A DNA stretch of 32,000 bases from Synechococcus sp. (GTDB lineage Bacteria; Cyanobacteriota; Cyanobacteriia; Thermostichales; PCC-7336): the NCBI GenBank assembly GCA_051439605.1, contig JBFRWN010000044.1, forward strand, positions 109,853 to 141,852. The letters run 5' to 3'. Below the pieces are notes generated by a model. The model was given only the letters and a program-made list of their open reading frames with translations. It was not told where the DNA came from and searched no databases. This document shows positions 1 to 10,165 of the stretch, piece by piece (positions within the stretch are counted from its first letter, which is position 1; each line of letters begins with the position of its first letter). Both the position numbers and the translations under genes were made by a program.

Positions 1-153
1 GAGTCCCCCGCCCACATCGGTCTACGTCGCGGCGAATTGGATCTGCTGCAGTGGGTGAATACGTTTATCTACCACAAGCGATTGGGGGGAGATTTAAACG
101 ACTTTTCCCAAAAATGGTTCGGTCAGCCCCTACCCCCTCTACCTGCTTTCTAG
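1..153 (+). CDS. C-terminal end of a family-3 extracellular solute-binding protein (amino-acid ABC transporter type), truncated by window edge
   Basis: Frame 1 reads ESPAHIGLRRGELDLLQWVNTFIYHKRLGGDLNDFSQKWFGQPLPPLPAF* with stop TAG at 151-153. The 'DLLxWxNTFIY...G.L..xSQKWFGxPLPPLP.F' tail is typical of amino-acid-binding SBPs. Confidence 0.7.
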   Translation, partial: ESPAHIGLRRGELDLLQWVNTFIYHKRLGGDLNDFSQKWFGQPLPPLPAF

Positions 154-204
154 CAGCAATAAACCTCCTGTCGTCTTGCCCCCCTCTAAGTCTCACTGTT
201 ATGA

Positions 205-220
205 CGACCGTGAAGTCGTT
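205..220. repeat. Dispersed hairpin repeat, copy A
   Basis: ACGAC-CGTGAA-GTCGT followed by TTAGGAAATCTCAG. Confidence 0.45.
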
Positions 221-316
221 TAGGAAATCTCAGCTATCAGAGCTCCTACTGGGCATAAATTTGTTTGCCGTGGCTGAGATGACCCAAGCTAATAGATGGG
301 GATTTTGATAAATGGA

Positions 317-3300
317 TTAGGTCTCTACTGCTCCTAAAGTCTTCAGCACTGACTTTTGCGCTTGACTCAATCCCGTCACACCATCGATCGCCATCCCTTC
401 GTAGGGGCGATCGGCGCGCAGCCGCTGCAGACAGTCCCCCGTCTCCACATCCCATATAGCAATGGTGGCATCTCGACTGCCGCTAATCAGGCGATCGCCC
501 GAAGGCGTCAGGGCCATGGTTTGGACCCAATTGCTGTGGGCAGGCCAATTGGCCACCTGCTTTCCAGAAGATACATCCCACCACTGCACGCTGCCATCGT
601 TGCTGGCGATCGCCAACCGCTCTCCGCTGGGGCTAAACACGAGCGACCACACCCAACCGCTGTCCACCGCCCAGGTTTGCAAGCAGTCTCCTGATTCGAT
701 GTCCCAAATCCTTACGGTTTCATCTGTGCTCCCACTGGCGATCAGACGCCCGTCGGGGCTACAGGCTAAGGCATACACCCACCGACTGTGGCCGTTCAAG
801 ACCGCTAATTCTTCCCCGGTTGCAGTATCCCAGATGCGCACCGTTTTATCTTTGCTACAGCTGATCAGCCGCTGGCCATCGGGGGTGAAGCGAAGGTCAC
901 GCACCCAGTTTTTGTGATTCTGCAATACGCACCGAGTTTGTCCGGTGGCCACATCCCAGAGGCGGATCGTTCGATCGGTGGAACCGCTGGCCAGTAAGGA
1001 GCCGTCATGGTTCCAGGCTACAGCAATCACCCAGTTGGAATGTCCCTTCAGAACGCGGGCCACTCGACCGCTATTCACATCCCACAGCTGCACATCGGGT
1101 CCATCGCTGCCACTGGCTAAATACCGGCCATCCGGTTTCCAAGCCACGCATTGCTCTCGGTGAGCGTGGCCGGGGAGAGTACGCACTACCTGACCGGTGG
1201 CAAGGTCCCAAAGCTTGAGGGTGTAATCGGTGTGGCTGCTGACTAATAGAGTGCCGGCTGGGTTGAGTGCCACTGCCTGTACCCAGTTGGTGAAACCATG
1301 CCATGTCTTGAGGGTGCGACCGGAGGCGGTTTCCCAGAGCTTCACGGTGTGACCTTCGCAACCGCTAGCTAGCCTTCGACCATCGGGGTTCCAGGCTACC
1401 GTCCGCACGCAGTTTGTATGACCCGGTAACGTCCTGCAGATCTCTCCGGTGGCCACTGTCCAAAGATTTATGGTGCGATCGTCGCTACCGCTGGCCAACA
1501 GGGAACCATCAGGACTCAAGCTGACAGAGCGCACCCAATGTCGGTGCCCCTTCAAAATACGAATCGGTTGCCCCGTCCTAGCATCCCAGAGGCGTATGGT
1601 GCGATCGTCGCCACAGGAGGCAAGGAAGCGACCTTCTGGGCTGTAGCTGACAGAGCGCACCCAGCCCTGGTGCCCCTGCAGTGTTTGCTTGAGCTGACCG
1701 GATTCGACATCCCAAAATCGTACCGTACAGTCTTCACCAGCACTGGCGAGGGTCTTACCATCGGGGCTGAACTTTACCACTCGGACGGAACGGGTATGAC
1801 CCTCCAGAACCCTCAGCAGCTCGTAGGTCCTGGGATTCCACAAACGCACCGTGGTGTCTTCACTGGCACTGGCCAACAACGTAACGGCGGGATTAAATAC
1901 AACCGATCTCACGGTGTCGGTATGGCTGCGCAGCGTCGCCAAAGTATTGCAGCTGGAAGCATGCCACAGTTTCACCGTACGATCCGCACTGGCACTGGCC
2001 AATAGGTAAGGTGCAGTATCCCCCGGACGACCTATTTTCATGGGGGCAAAGGTGACCCCCCAAATGTAATTGGCATGGCCCTGCAGGATGGCGTATTGCT
2101 CGTTAGTACGAGTATTCCACAGGCGAATCTCGGCATTATTATCGGAAGTGGCGAGATAGTTTCCGTCGGGGGAAAAGCTCACCGAAAGAATGCTGCCAAA
2201 GGTGTTGGTAAAAACCGAGTGGGACAGATTGCAATGACTGAAATTGCTCTGTTGCAAATTAGCTTGGCGGAAATCTGCATGCCAAATGGTCAACTTAGAA
2301 AAATCATAACCAGCCAGGCTAATGCCTAAAACACTGCAAAGGTTAATCACATTCCCTGCACCGTATCCCGAACGATAGGCCACATCATTTCTCAACCAAT
2401 CAAATACCTGCAACAGTTTTTGAGTAATCGCCTGCAAAGAACCACCAGTGGACGTTAACTGGTCTGCAATCGGTTTCAGGATGAGCAGCTTCTGGACGTC
2501 GCGGATGTATTCTGCTGCTGTAGCTTTGGTCAGGGCGACACTTTGCAGCAGAGGTAGCCCGGCAATCTCGTCCAAGTTCCCGGATAATTCTATGGATAGG
2601 TGTTGAACGAGACGATCGGTAACATATTCCATCACAACTGGCTGTTGGGTGTAACCTCCCTCCTCCTGCTCAATCAGCGATCGCCAAGTGAGGGATTCTA
2701 AGGTCTGCAAGACAGTGGCCCGAGACACCGCAGGCACTAAGTCCTCTGCTAGTTGTGTCAGCATGACCGGCTCGCGGGCAGTCGCCAGCCAATACATCAC
2801 GCTTTGTTCGAGAGGGGACAGGCGGATAAACTGCTGATCCAGCAATTGTCGAATCGTGTTGAACAGGGTGATGTCCTGTTCGAGGAAGGTGGCAACATTA
2901 CCGTCGAACAAAGTTTGGATGGAGGTGGCTACAATTTTTAACGGTAGCGGGCTATTTCCGTAGCGATCGCACAGCATTTCGAGCTGTGCCTCAGTGCCCT
3001 CCAACCCCCCTCGGTGCAGCAACTCCATCGCCATATCCGCACAGCCTCCCAATTGGAGGGAACGAACGGACAAGCCCACCCCTTCCAAGGCCGCAATTTG
3101 AGCGGGTTTCTCGCGACTGGTTAATGCAACGCAACTTTGGTGAGAGGTTTCTCCCACTAAGCGAAATAGCTTGCCATACAGCTCGTACTCCGGACGATAC
3201 CGTCCCGCTTGGCCCGCCTGCAGAAGAGTCTCAATATTGTCCAAAACAACCAGGCAACGCTGCTTGCGAAGATGATGAATGGCCCGATCTACCGTGGCTT

Positions 3301-3937
3301 CTTTATCCTGACCGTTCGACAAAAAATCAACTAACTCTATGAGGAGATCGTCCAGGGGGGGACCATTACGCAACGATCGCCAGAAAACACAATCAAACTG
3401 CGAAGCGATTTGTTGACCTAGCTTAATGGTGAGGGAGGTTTTGCCCATCCCCGCCATCCCGAACAAGCCCACCAGCCGGCACCGATCGCCCACAATCCAC
3501 TGCTGCAGTTGCTGCAGCTCTTGCGAACGGCCATAGAACATCGAGACATCGGCAGCATCCCCCCAATCTTGGCGGCTGACGTCATTGTCGCGGGCCACAT
3601 GCATTGGGGGGGTCTCATCTGGCCGCACGTAATCGACCGCCTCAAGAGTTAGTCCAAACGCCTTAAAAAAAAACTCAATGGTTTGTCGATCGACCGGCAC
3701 CCGTCGAGCCGTCACTTTTGTCAACGTGTTGGGACTGAGTCCCGTACGCTCGCTTAGCTCCTCAAGCGTAAACGAACGGCTGTAGTTGTCCCGCAACTCA
3801 ACCGCCTCGCGCGCCTGCTGCAATTTTTGCCACCCTCTTGGGCTTAAAATTACGCCCCTTTTGCGTCGAGTGCGCTTGACAGCTCCGGTCATTTTGTTCT
3901 CAAGTCGCAGTTTGCAATCTATTTTGCATATTTCCAC
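317..3937 (-). CDS. HTH + NB-ARC (STAND) ATPase with C-terminal WD40 beta-propellers
   Basis: 1206-aa ORF. N-terminal HTH-like segment ([18 protein letters not shown]). Walker [15 protein letters not shown], Walker B-like CLVVLDNIE. Short pentapeptide-like linker ([23 protein letters not shown]), then about 14 repeats ending in LASGSxDxTIRLWDxxTG. Confidence 0.93.
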   Translation of the reverse strand: MEICKIDCKLRLENKMTGAVKRTRRKRGVILSPRGWQKLQQAREAVELRDNYSRSFTLEELSERTGLSPNTLTKVTARRVPVDRQTIEFFFKAFGLTLEAVDYVRPDETPPMHVARDNDVSRQDWGDAADVSMFYGRSQELQQLQQWIVGDRCRLVGLFGMAGMGKTSLTIKLGQQIASQFDCVFWRSLRNGPPLDDLLIELVDFLSNGQDKEATVDRAIHHLRKQRCLVVLDNIETLLQAGQAGRYRPEYELYGKLFRLVGETSHQSCVALTSREKPAQIAALEGVGLSVRSLQLGGCADMAMELLHRGGLEGTEAQLEMLCDRYGNSPLPLKIVATSIQTLFDGNVATFLEQDITLFNTIRQLLDQQFIRLSPLEQSVMYWLATAREPVMLTQLAEDLVPAVSRATVLQTLESLTWRSLIEQEEGGYTQQPVVMEYVTDRLVQHLSIELSGNLDEIAGLPLLQSVALTKATAAEYIRDVQKLLILKPIADQLTSTGGSLQAITQKLLQVFDWLRNDVAYRSGYGAGNVINLCSVLGISLAGYDFSKLTIWHADFRQANLQQSNFSHCNLSHSVFTNTFGSILSVSFSPDGNYLATSDNNAEIRLWNTRTNEQYAILQGHANYIWGVTFAPMKIGRPGDTAPYLLASASADRTVKLWHASSCNTLATLRSHTDTVRSVVFNPAVTLLASASEDTTVRLWNPRTYELLRVLEGHTRSVRVVKFSPDGKTLASAGEDCTVRFWDVESGQLKQTLQGHQGWVRSVSYSPEGRFLASCGDDRTIRLWDARTGQPIRILKGHRHWVRSVSLSPDGSLLASGSDDRTINLWTVATGEICRTLPGHTNCVRTVAWNPDGRRLASGCEGHTVKLWETASGRTLKTWHGFTNWVQAVALNPAGTLLVSSHTDYTLKLWDLATGQVVRTLPGHAHREQCVAWKPDGRYLASGSDGPDVQLWDVNSGRVARVLKGHSNWVIAVAWNHDGSLLASGSTDRTIRLWDVATGQTRCVLQNHKNWVRDLRFTPDGQRLISCSKDKTVRIWDTATGEELAVLNGHSRWVYALACSPDGRLIASGSTDETVRIWDIESGDCLQTWAVDSGWVWSLVFSPSGERLAIASNDGSVQWWDVSSGKQVANWPAHSNWVQTMALTPSGDRLISGSRDATIAIWDVETGDCLQRLRADRPYEGMAIDGVTGLSQAQKSVLKTLGAVET

Positions 3938-4351
3938 ACAAATTTCTGCTTAAGTTGGGATCTTAAGTTGGGTTTTTTGCGTATTGTTATCTTTCTTTGC
4001 AGTTGCGAATACAAGAGTTAGGAGGGGGACAAACAAAATCGCCCGCTGTCCATAAAAAATACTACAAAAAATAAATATTTTGGCATAAATCAACACCAGT
4101 GGACGCAAAATAGATGAGAAAAAGTCGAGTTTCTCTCATTGATGAAATCTTGGGTAATACAAGCTGTTATCTCGCCTTAAATAGCCCTCTTGTGGAGTTT
4201 GGGCACCTACAGATCTAGGTATCTCTAGCGCCTCTGTTGGTATGCGCTGTCGCAGCAGGCAAGTTTTAGCAAGCACAACGAACCAACCCGATCTGCTGCG
4301 GCCTAATACACCGAATTCTGTAGGCCATACTATTGCCCCAATCGGAAGGAT

Positions 4352-4876
4352 TCACATACCCTTGAGGTAATCGCGGTAGCCCACCTGCTGCAATCGTGCA
4401 TCTTTACCCGCAACCATTTGCCGCAATTCCTGTCGGTAAGCCAACACTTGTACCTGCAATTCTGGCTGGTGGCTGGCCAGGATTTGCACAGCCAATAGGC
4501 CAGCATTTTGGGCATTGCCAATGGCTACGGTGGCCACAGGAATTCCACGCGGCATTTGGACAATGGAATAAAGAGAATCCACTCCACTTAACGTGCTGGT
4601 TTTAACCGGCACACCAATTACGGGCAGCGGTGTCAAAGAGGCCATCATGCCGGGTAAATGGGCCGCCCCGCCTGCCCCTGCCACGATTGCTTTATAGCCT
4701 TTTGCATGGGCGGTTTTGGCAAAGTCCACCATGCGATCGGGGGTGCGGTGGGCGCTGAGGATATGAACGCTGTACGGGACCTCAAATCGATCGCAAATAT
4801 CGCAGGCTGCCGCCATTGTGGGCAGATCGGAATCGCTTCCCATGGCGATCGCAATGACAGGGGCAATATCGGTCAC
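4352..4876 (-). CDS. purE: 5-(carboxyamino)imidazole ribonucleotide mutase
   Basis: 174-aa ORF with the PurE signature MGSDSDLPTM, SAHRTPDRM, AGAGGAAHLPGMMAS, GVPVKTSTLSGVDSLYSIVQMPRGIPVATVAIG. Confidence 0.95.
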   Translation of the reverse strand: MTDIAPVIAIAMGSDSDLPTMAAACDICDRFEVPYSVHILSAHRTPDRMVDFAKTAHAKGYKAIVAGAGGAAHLPGMMASLTPLPVIGVPVKTSTLSGVDSLYSIVQMPRGIPVATVAIGNAQNAGLLAVQILASHQPELQVQVLAYRQELRQMVAGKDARLQQVGYRDYLKGM

Positions 4877-5034
4877 AGGTTATCCCGCCAAAACAACTAC
4901 TTTCACAGCCCCTCCTCAGTCACTCCAGTGTCTTGCTGCTGGCGCACAGGAAGAGAGCAAAGCCATCGCTAATTTATCCAAAAACGAGGCGAGGGAAAAT
5001 TGCTCAGCTCAAGTGACGTGACATACCAAACAAA

Positions 5035-5071
5035 CACCTCCCCCGAGCCAAACTGGCAATCAAGGGAGGTG
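5035..5071 (-). terminator. Putative terminator downstream of htpG
   Basis: 8-bp inverted repeat CACCTCCC (5035-5042) / GGGAGGTG (5064-5071). On the minus strand it is followed by a T-rich TTTGTTTGG. It lies directly 3' of the htpG stop. Confidence 0.5.
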
Positions 5072-5112
5072 AACGGAGTTGATGAGAGGGAGTTGAGCAA
5101 ATACCGATCGAC

Positions 5113-6999
5113 TTAGGCCAAAGCCTTCTCAGTCAGCTTGGTCAACACATCGTTAGACCGCTGGAGGAAAGACTGCATCGTGTCTGCATCGGGGCTGCGC
5201 TGCGCCATCATGGCCAGATCGTAAATATGGTTGCAAATCAGACCCGTTAGGTCGTCACTACCCACCACTTGCCCTTTGGAAAGCTCCTGCAGGTTTTGCA
5301 CCAATGGGTGGGAGGTATTCACCACCAGCGTGTGCTCGTCAGGTAGCTGAAACGCTGAGGTGTCCTGCTGCATCACCGCCGCCATTTCCTGCATGCGGCG
5401 CATAGCCTCGGGGAGAAGAATCATGGCGGGAACCGCTGCAGACTTGAGCGCCTGCGCCTTTACATCCAGTCTGTCTTTACCCAACGCTGACTTGAACATA
5501 TCCTGCAGGGTCTCGGTGCGGGTCTTGTTGGTGGTGGGATCGACAATGTCTCCGGCACTGTCCTCATCCACCAGCTTGTCATCAAGCTCGGAGTCCACCC
5601 GCTTGAATTGGACCTCACTGTTTTCCCGCTCCAAAAAGCCGGTGAAGTGACTATCAATAAAACCATCCAGCAGCAGAACCTCAAGCCCTTGGCTCTTGTG
5701 CAGTTCGATGTAGGCACTCTGAGCAGATTCGTCGTTGGAATAGTAAACGGTCTTGTCCTGTTTCTCGCTATTGCGCTCTAAATAGTCCGCCAGGGTGACG
5801 TAGGGCTTTTGCTCCTCTGCTTCAGCCTCTAACGTGGTTTTGAACACCAAAATGTCCTTCACCCGCTGGTAGAACTTGTCGCTGTTCATGACGCCGAACT
5901 TCACGAACAGGCTAATATCAGGCCACACCTCCAGATATCGGTCATAGTCCTCTTGGTAAAGGTCGTTGAGGCGATCGCCCACTTTCTTGGCAATGTGGTC
6001 GGAGATGCGCTGGACTTTGCGATCGTTGTGTAGGTAGCTGCGAGAAACGTTGAGGGGAATGTCATTGCCGTCTACATCAATCACGCCGCGCAGGGGCATA
6101 AGGAATTTGGGAATGACTTCCTCAGCGTTGTCGGTGACGTACACCTGATCGCAGAAAAGTTTGATTTGTCCGCGGTTGGGGTCAATGTCGGGACGCAGTT
6201 TGGGGAAGTAGAGAATCCCTTTGACGATCACCGGGTAATCGGTGTTGATGTGAATCCAGAACAGTGGCTCTTCTTGGAATGGATACAGATACCGATAAAA
6301 CTCAAGATAATCCTCATCCTTGAGATCTGAAGGAGACTTGGCCCACAGCGGCTCCTGTTTGTTGACAACAGAATCACCAAAGTGGATGGGCACCTGCAAG
6401 AAATCGCAGTACTTGGTAATCAGCTGACGAATGCGAGACTCTTCTAAAAATTCATCATCCTCTTCGGTGAGGGTCAACGTAATGGTGGTGCCGATGTCGG
6501 TGCGATCGGAGTCATCCAAAGTGAATTGGGTCGAGCCATCGCAGGACCAGTGCACTGCCGCTTCATCTTGTTGATAAGACTTGGTGTCGATCTCCACCAA
6601 GGAGGACACCATAAAGGACGAATAGAAGCCCAAACCAAAGTGACCGATAATGCCCTGTTCGTTACCATCCCCTTTGTATTTCTCGATAAATTCTTCAGCG
6701 CTGGAGAAGGCAACCTGGTTGATGTAGTTCCTCACTTCATCAGCGGTCATGCCTAAACCGCTATCGGTGATGCTGAGCTGACGCTTTTCCTTATCGATGG
6801 CCACCGTAATCTTAGGCTCGGGCATCTCTGGGATATCTTCCCGATAGCCAATCCACTTCAGCTTGGAGATGGCATCAACCCCATTCGAAATCAATTCCCG
6901 CAGGAAAATCTCCCGGTCCGAGTACAGGGACTTTTTAATAATCGGAAAAATATTTTCGGTATGGATGCTGATATTGCCTTGTTCGTGCATGCGTTTCAA
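5113..6999 (-). CDS. htpG: Molecular chaperone HtpG (Hsp90)
   Basis: 628-aa ORF: ISIHTENIFPIIKKSLYSDREIFLRELISNGVDAISKL, ITDSGLGMTADEV, IIGHFGLGFYSSFMV, DVDGNDIPLNVSRSYL. Confidence 0.97.
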   Translation of the reverse strand: MKRMHEQGNISIHTENIFPIIKKSLYSDREIFLRELISNGVDAISKLKWIGYREDIPEMPEPKITVAIDKEKRQLSITDSGLGMTADEVRNYINQVAFSSAEEFIEKYKGDGNEQGIIGHFGLGFYSSFMVSSLVEIDTKSYQQDEAAVHWSCDGSTQFTLDDSDRTDIGTTITLTLTEEDDEFLEESRIRQLITKYCDFLQVPIHFGDSVVNKQEPLWAKSPSDLKDEDYLEFYRYLYPFQEEPLFWIHINTDYPVIVKGILYFPKLRPDIDPNRGQIKLFCDQVYVTDNAEEVIPKFLMPLRGVIDVDGNDIPLNVSRSYLHNDRKVQRISDHIAKKVGDRLNDLYQEDYDRYLEVWPDISLFVKFGVMNSDKFYQRVKDILVFKTTLEAEAEEQKPYVTLADYLERNSEKQDKTVYYSNDESAQSAYIELHKSQGLEVLLLDGFIDSHFTGFLERENSEVQFKRVDSELDDKLVDEDSAGDIVDPTTNKTRTETLQDMFKSALGKDRLDVKAQALKSAAVPAMILLPEAMRRMQEMAAVMQQDTSAFQLPDEHTLVVNTSHPLVQNLQELSKGQVVGSDDLTGLICNHIYDLAMMAQRSPDADTMQSFLQRSNDVLTKLTEKALA

Positions 7000-7026
7000 C
7001 TCCCGATCTCGCTCGTCAGTAGTATT

Positions 7027-7042
7027 GCGACCGTCAAGTCGC
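7027..7042. repeat. Dispersed hairpin repeat, copy B
   Basis: GCGAC-CGTCAA-GTCGC followed by TAAGG. Confidence 0.45.
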
Positions 7043-7342
7043 TAAGGATTGTCACCAGCCAAATCCCGTTACAGGCCTGGATCTAGTTGCCCAAACTGAA
7101 CTGGCTACGTCCATCAACAAAACTTTGGTTGAACGCACTCAGGTGAATAGCATGCAACACAAATTGGTCAGAGATAGACGATATGAATAATTTCTCGGCA
7201 ACTCAGGTTAGCACCCCTATTCCTGCCATCAGGGTGAAATGCCCACCCAGAACCGTAGAAAATCCCGAACCCCTAACCCCTGTCGGTATCCCACAGTACG
7301 GTTTGCTAAAATAGGAATTAGCCGACGTAGAGACTTTCGCCT

Positions 7343-7792
7343 GTGCTAACTATTCTGAGAAAGCCGGTTAAACACCGCTCAGCTTATACCCTTAGCTTTG
7401 TCTCCACACTCTATGTCAGACCGATACTCGAACTCCTAACATTAGAGGTGCCTCCATGTTGGCAGGCGGAGGTTCAGCTGGGTCTTCAAGAAGCTTTAGT
7501 CAACGCAGTTGCCCACGGCAATCAATTCGATACCAGTAAGCGCGTCACGGTCACCGTATCTTGTCATGCACCGCTCTATCAGTGGACGATCGTCGACGAA
7601 GGCTGTGGGTTTGCCAGCCAGCACTGCTGCGATCGCCAACCCAATGCCGGTATCGACGACCGTGACGAATGCGGTCGTGGAGTTTTTATTCTCAATCAAA
7701 TTTTTGACCGCGTGGAATGGAACGAAAGCGGTAACGAACTCTGCCTGATGAAGGCAATCCATCAGACTCGTACAGACCCTCTTATTCCCTAA
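7343..7792 (+). CDS. RsbW-type anti-sigma regulatory factor / GHKL serine kinase
   Basis: 149-aa ORF with N-box LQEALVNAVAHGN, G1 VDEGCGF and G2 GRGVFILNQIFDRVEW, typical of HATPase_c_2 proteins. Confidence 0.85.
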   Translation: MLTILRKPVKHRSAYTLSFVSTLYVRPILELLTLEVPPCWQAEVQLGLQEALVNAVAHGNQFDTSKRVTVTVSCHAPLYQWTIVDEGCGFASQHCCDRQPNAGIDDRDECGRGVFILNQIFDRVEWNESGNELCLMKAIHQTRTDPLIP

Positions 7793-7835
7793 TCGGTCTG
7801 CTTAACGGGTTAGATACGGCTACTGGAAGTGTGCT

Positions 7836-7861
7836 CCCACTGACTAGCGGTAGTCAGTGGG
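7836..7861. terminator. Strong hairpin between convergent genes (possible bidirectional terminator)
   Basis: Perfect 11-bp inverted repeat CCCACTGACTA-gcgg-TAGTCAGTGGG. It sits after the anti-sigma gene stop (7792) and before the stop of the small minus-strand ORF (7882). There is no clear T tract. Confidence 0.45.
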
Positions 7862-7881
7862 GGAGTAACGAGCGAAACAAT

Positions 7882-8001
7882 CTAGAAAATACCAATCAAA
7901 ATTAGGGCGGTGAACAGGCAGAATAGACCGATTGAAATGGCGATCGCCCAAAAGAAGCCCTCTTCAAACGTATTTCTAGGAATTTTGGCAGGAAAACCCA
8001 T
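7882..8001 (-). CDS. Candidate 39-aa single-pass membrane miniprotein
   Basis: Minus-strand frame reads MGFPAKIPRNTFEEGFFWAIAISIGLFCLFTALILIGIF*. It is preceded by GAGG about 8 nt before the ATG and has a clear hydrophobic helix. It fits better than the overlapping 74-aa ORF in the provided track. Confidence 0.5.
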   Translation of the reverse strand: MGFPAKIPRNTFEEGFFWAIAISIGLFCLFTALILIGIF

Positions 8002-8128
8002 ATTAGTTGCCTCATACTCATCAGTTTGCGATGACGCTCCGTTATGTCTATTGTAGAGAGTTTGTTCGGCAGAACGTAGAGACAGGAAAAACTATAGCAA
8101 TCGTTTAGCCTAGGGCTGATGGACAAAC

Positions 8129-10003
8129 CTACCTAAGACGGGCCAAGCGATAAGCTCCGGCCTCCGCAATTGTTTCATAGGTGTTTGGCCCTAAGCCAAA
8201 ATCATCAAAGACGTCCGTTTCCCCTAGAAGCAGTGCAGAAGGGATAGGATTGGCAGCATTTTCTGGGTTCAAGGCGCGCTCAAACTGCGAGCGCCCCGAC
8301 AAGTACTGGACATTCTGTCGCATGTAAAAAGTCACGCTGGGCTTCATGAAACCAATCATGAGCATCGGTTCGTTAGACTGAATTTCTTCTGCTGCCAGCC
8401 AAGACAATTGCCTCAGGGGCAGTTGCCGCTGCCCATCCATCAGGGGAAAGGCCACAGAAACAACCACAATGACACAGGCCAGCATGCCGCCGGTATTGGC
8501 TAAACATAGCCACTTCAAGCGATTGGTGAACACTAGTCCCACCGCCACGATCGCCGTCGTGCCCCAAATTACTCCTCCCAGTAGTGGCAGATGGGCTGCT
8601 TGAATAGCCTCCGGCAAATCTGGGGCAGAGGAGTCAGCCCCCAAAAAACTCGTCAGCATTAGGCTGCCGATGGCTAGTGCCACAAAGAACAGGATGTTGC
8701 AGACAGTTTGAATCCACATCCCAATCGAGGGCTTAGTCTGTGTTAACTCCGAAGTGCGATTGGAACTTGAAATACGATCCGACCACAGCAGCGCCACCAT
8801 AATCGCAGCAGCGGGCAACAGCGGCAGGATATAGCTGGGTAGCTTAGTCACCGAAACAGTAAAAAATCCAAAGATGGAAATGAACCACCAAAAAGCGAAC
8901 AACCCCAGTTGATAGGGGCGCGATTGCTGTCTCCAAGCTCCCAATCGCCAAACTTGCAGTTGCCCAATCGCCCCAGGAAGCTCGAAGGAAAACGGAGCAA
9001 AGCCCCCCAGAACAATGAGGAAATAAAAGTACCACGGGGCCGAGTGTTTGTTCACCACACTCGTGAACCGCTCAAAGTTGTGGTAGCCAAAAAAAGTATC
9101 AATGTAGTCTGAGCCATGAATGGTACTCACCGCCAAGAACCACGGAACCGTCAAGGCGGCGATCGTCACCACCCCCCTCACTGGCAGTGCCTCACGCAGC
9201 ACCTCTACCAAACGACCGGCAAACAGCAAAAACGCAACGATGGCCAATCCAGGTAACACGATCGCCACCGGGCCTTTGGTCAAAATCCCCAGACCAATAA
9301 AGGTATAGAAGGCTAAATACCAGCACCGTTGCTTGGAACGATTTCCCTGGCACGCATAGGCATTGAAAAACGACAGCATCGAGCCAGTCATGCAAGCAGT
9401 CAGCAGCATATCCGAGACCCCCGTTCTCCCCCAGGCGACGATCAGAGGGGTGAGGGCAACAATGCAAGCCCCCAGCCAAGCTGCTGACCAATTATCTGCT
9501 GGCGGGAGCACTTGTTCTGAAGTGCGTTGAGAAAGGTCTCCCTCAACGCACTCGATGTCCCCCCGAGAGAACCCAGACCGATAGCCAAATTTGAGCAGCG
9601 AGAACGCCACCAGCACCACTACCGAAATCGCAGATAGTGCGGAGGGGAGGCGCACTCCCCATTCGTTCACCCCCACCAGCTGGTAGGCGATCGCCATCAA
9701 CCAGTAAATCAAAGGGGGTTTGTCAAAACGAGTTTCCCCGTTGAAATAGGGGGTAATCCAATCGCCAGTGACAACCATTTGCCGTGCGGCTTCGGCGAAC
9801 AGCGGTTCAGTTTCGTCCACCAATCCAACCGTTCCCAGCTGCCATAGGTAGCTCACCCCACCCAGCCCAGTCACCAACGCAATTGAAATCCCCCACAAAA
9901 AAACGGAGCTGTGGAGGAAATGGCTGGATTTGTTACGATCGCCAGCGTCAAATACCATACACACCTTTATCAGATGACAACTGTTCTTAGCGATGCTGTG
10001 CAA
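8129..10003 (-). CDS. Glycosyltransferase family 39 / ArnT-like integral membrane protein
   Basis: About 624-aa multi-TM ORF with VDETEPLFAEAARQMVVTGDWITPYFNGETRFDKPPLIYWLMAI, the conserved first-loop motif of ArnT/PMT glycosyltransferases. The true start may lie downstream of the first Met. Confidence 0.88.
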   Translation of the reverse strand: MHSIAKNSCHLIKVCMVFDAGDRNKSSHFLHSSVFLWGISIALVTGLGGVSYLWQLGTVGLVDETEPLFAEAARQMVVTGDWITPYFNGETRFDKPPLIYWLMAIAYQLVGVNEWGVRLPSALSAISVVVLVAFSLLKFGYRSGFSRGDIECVEGDLSQRTSEQVLPPADNWSAAWLGACIVALTPLIVAWGRTGVSDMLLTACMTGSMLSFFNAYACQGNRSKQRCWYLAFYTFIGLGILTKGPVAIVLPGLAIVAFLLFAGRLVEVLREALPVRGVVTIAALTVPWFLAVSTIHGSDYIDTFFGYHNFERFTSVVNKHSAPWYFYFLIVLGGFAPFSFELPGAIGQLQVWRLGAWRQQSRPYQLGLFAFWWFISIFGFFTVSVTKLPSYILPLLPAAAIMVALLWSDRISSSNRTSELTQTKPSIGMWIQTVCNILFFVALAIGSLMLTSFLGADSSAPDLPEAIQAAHLPLLGGVIWGTTAIVAVGLVFTNRLKWLCLANTGGMLACVIVVVSVAFPLMDGQRQLPLRQLSWLAAEEIQSNEPMLMIGFMKPSVTFYMRQNVQYLSGRSQFERALNPENAANPIPSALLLGETDVFDDFGLGPNTYETIAEAGAYRLARLR

Positions 10004-10126
10004 TTCTTGAGCACATCATGAGACAGGCCAGCCATCAATGGTCAGCCATAAAACAGGATCGGTGGGCCACACCCATTAGTCAATGCACTGGAAGAAAAAA
10101 AACAGCGTTGCCATCCCCCCGTTTAT

Positions 10127-10154
10127 AAAGTAGGAGCTACAAAGTAAGAGCTAC
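10127..10154. repeat. 14-bp tandem duplication upstream of the class-V aminotransferase gene
   Basis: AAAGTAGGAGCTAC (10127-10140) immediately followed by AAAGTAAGAGCTAC (10141-10154), one mismatch, ending 12 bp before the predicted start. Confidence 0.6.
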
Positions 10155-10165
10155 TGTGACCGTGA

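Noticed and set aside
51-308. 85-aa ORF in the track (MGEYVYLPQAIGG...)
   Set aside because: It overlaps the more convincing frame-1 end of a solute-binding protein (stop at 151-153), and its sequence is not protein-like. Likely spurious.
317-2150. Regularly spaced DNA repetition that could look like a repeat array
   Set aside because: The ~126-nt period is the WD40 protein repeat with diverged codons, not a CRISPR or satellite array.
356-2329. Multiple plus-strand ORFs opposite the first WD40 gene
   Set aside because: These are antisense shadow ORFs created by the repetitive, GC-rich WD40 coding sequence on the minus strand.
7902-8126. 74-aa minus-strand ORF
   Set aside because: Its composition is poor and it overlaps a better-supported 39-aa membrane ORF (7882-8001) in another frame.
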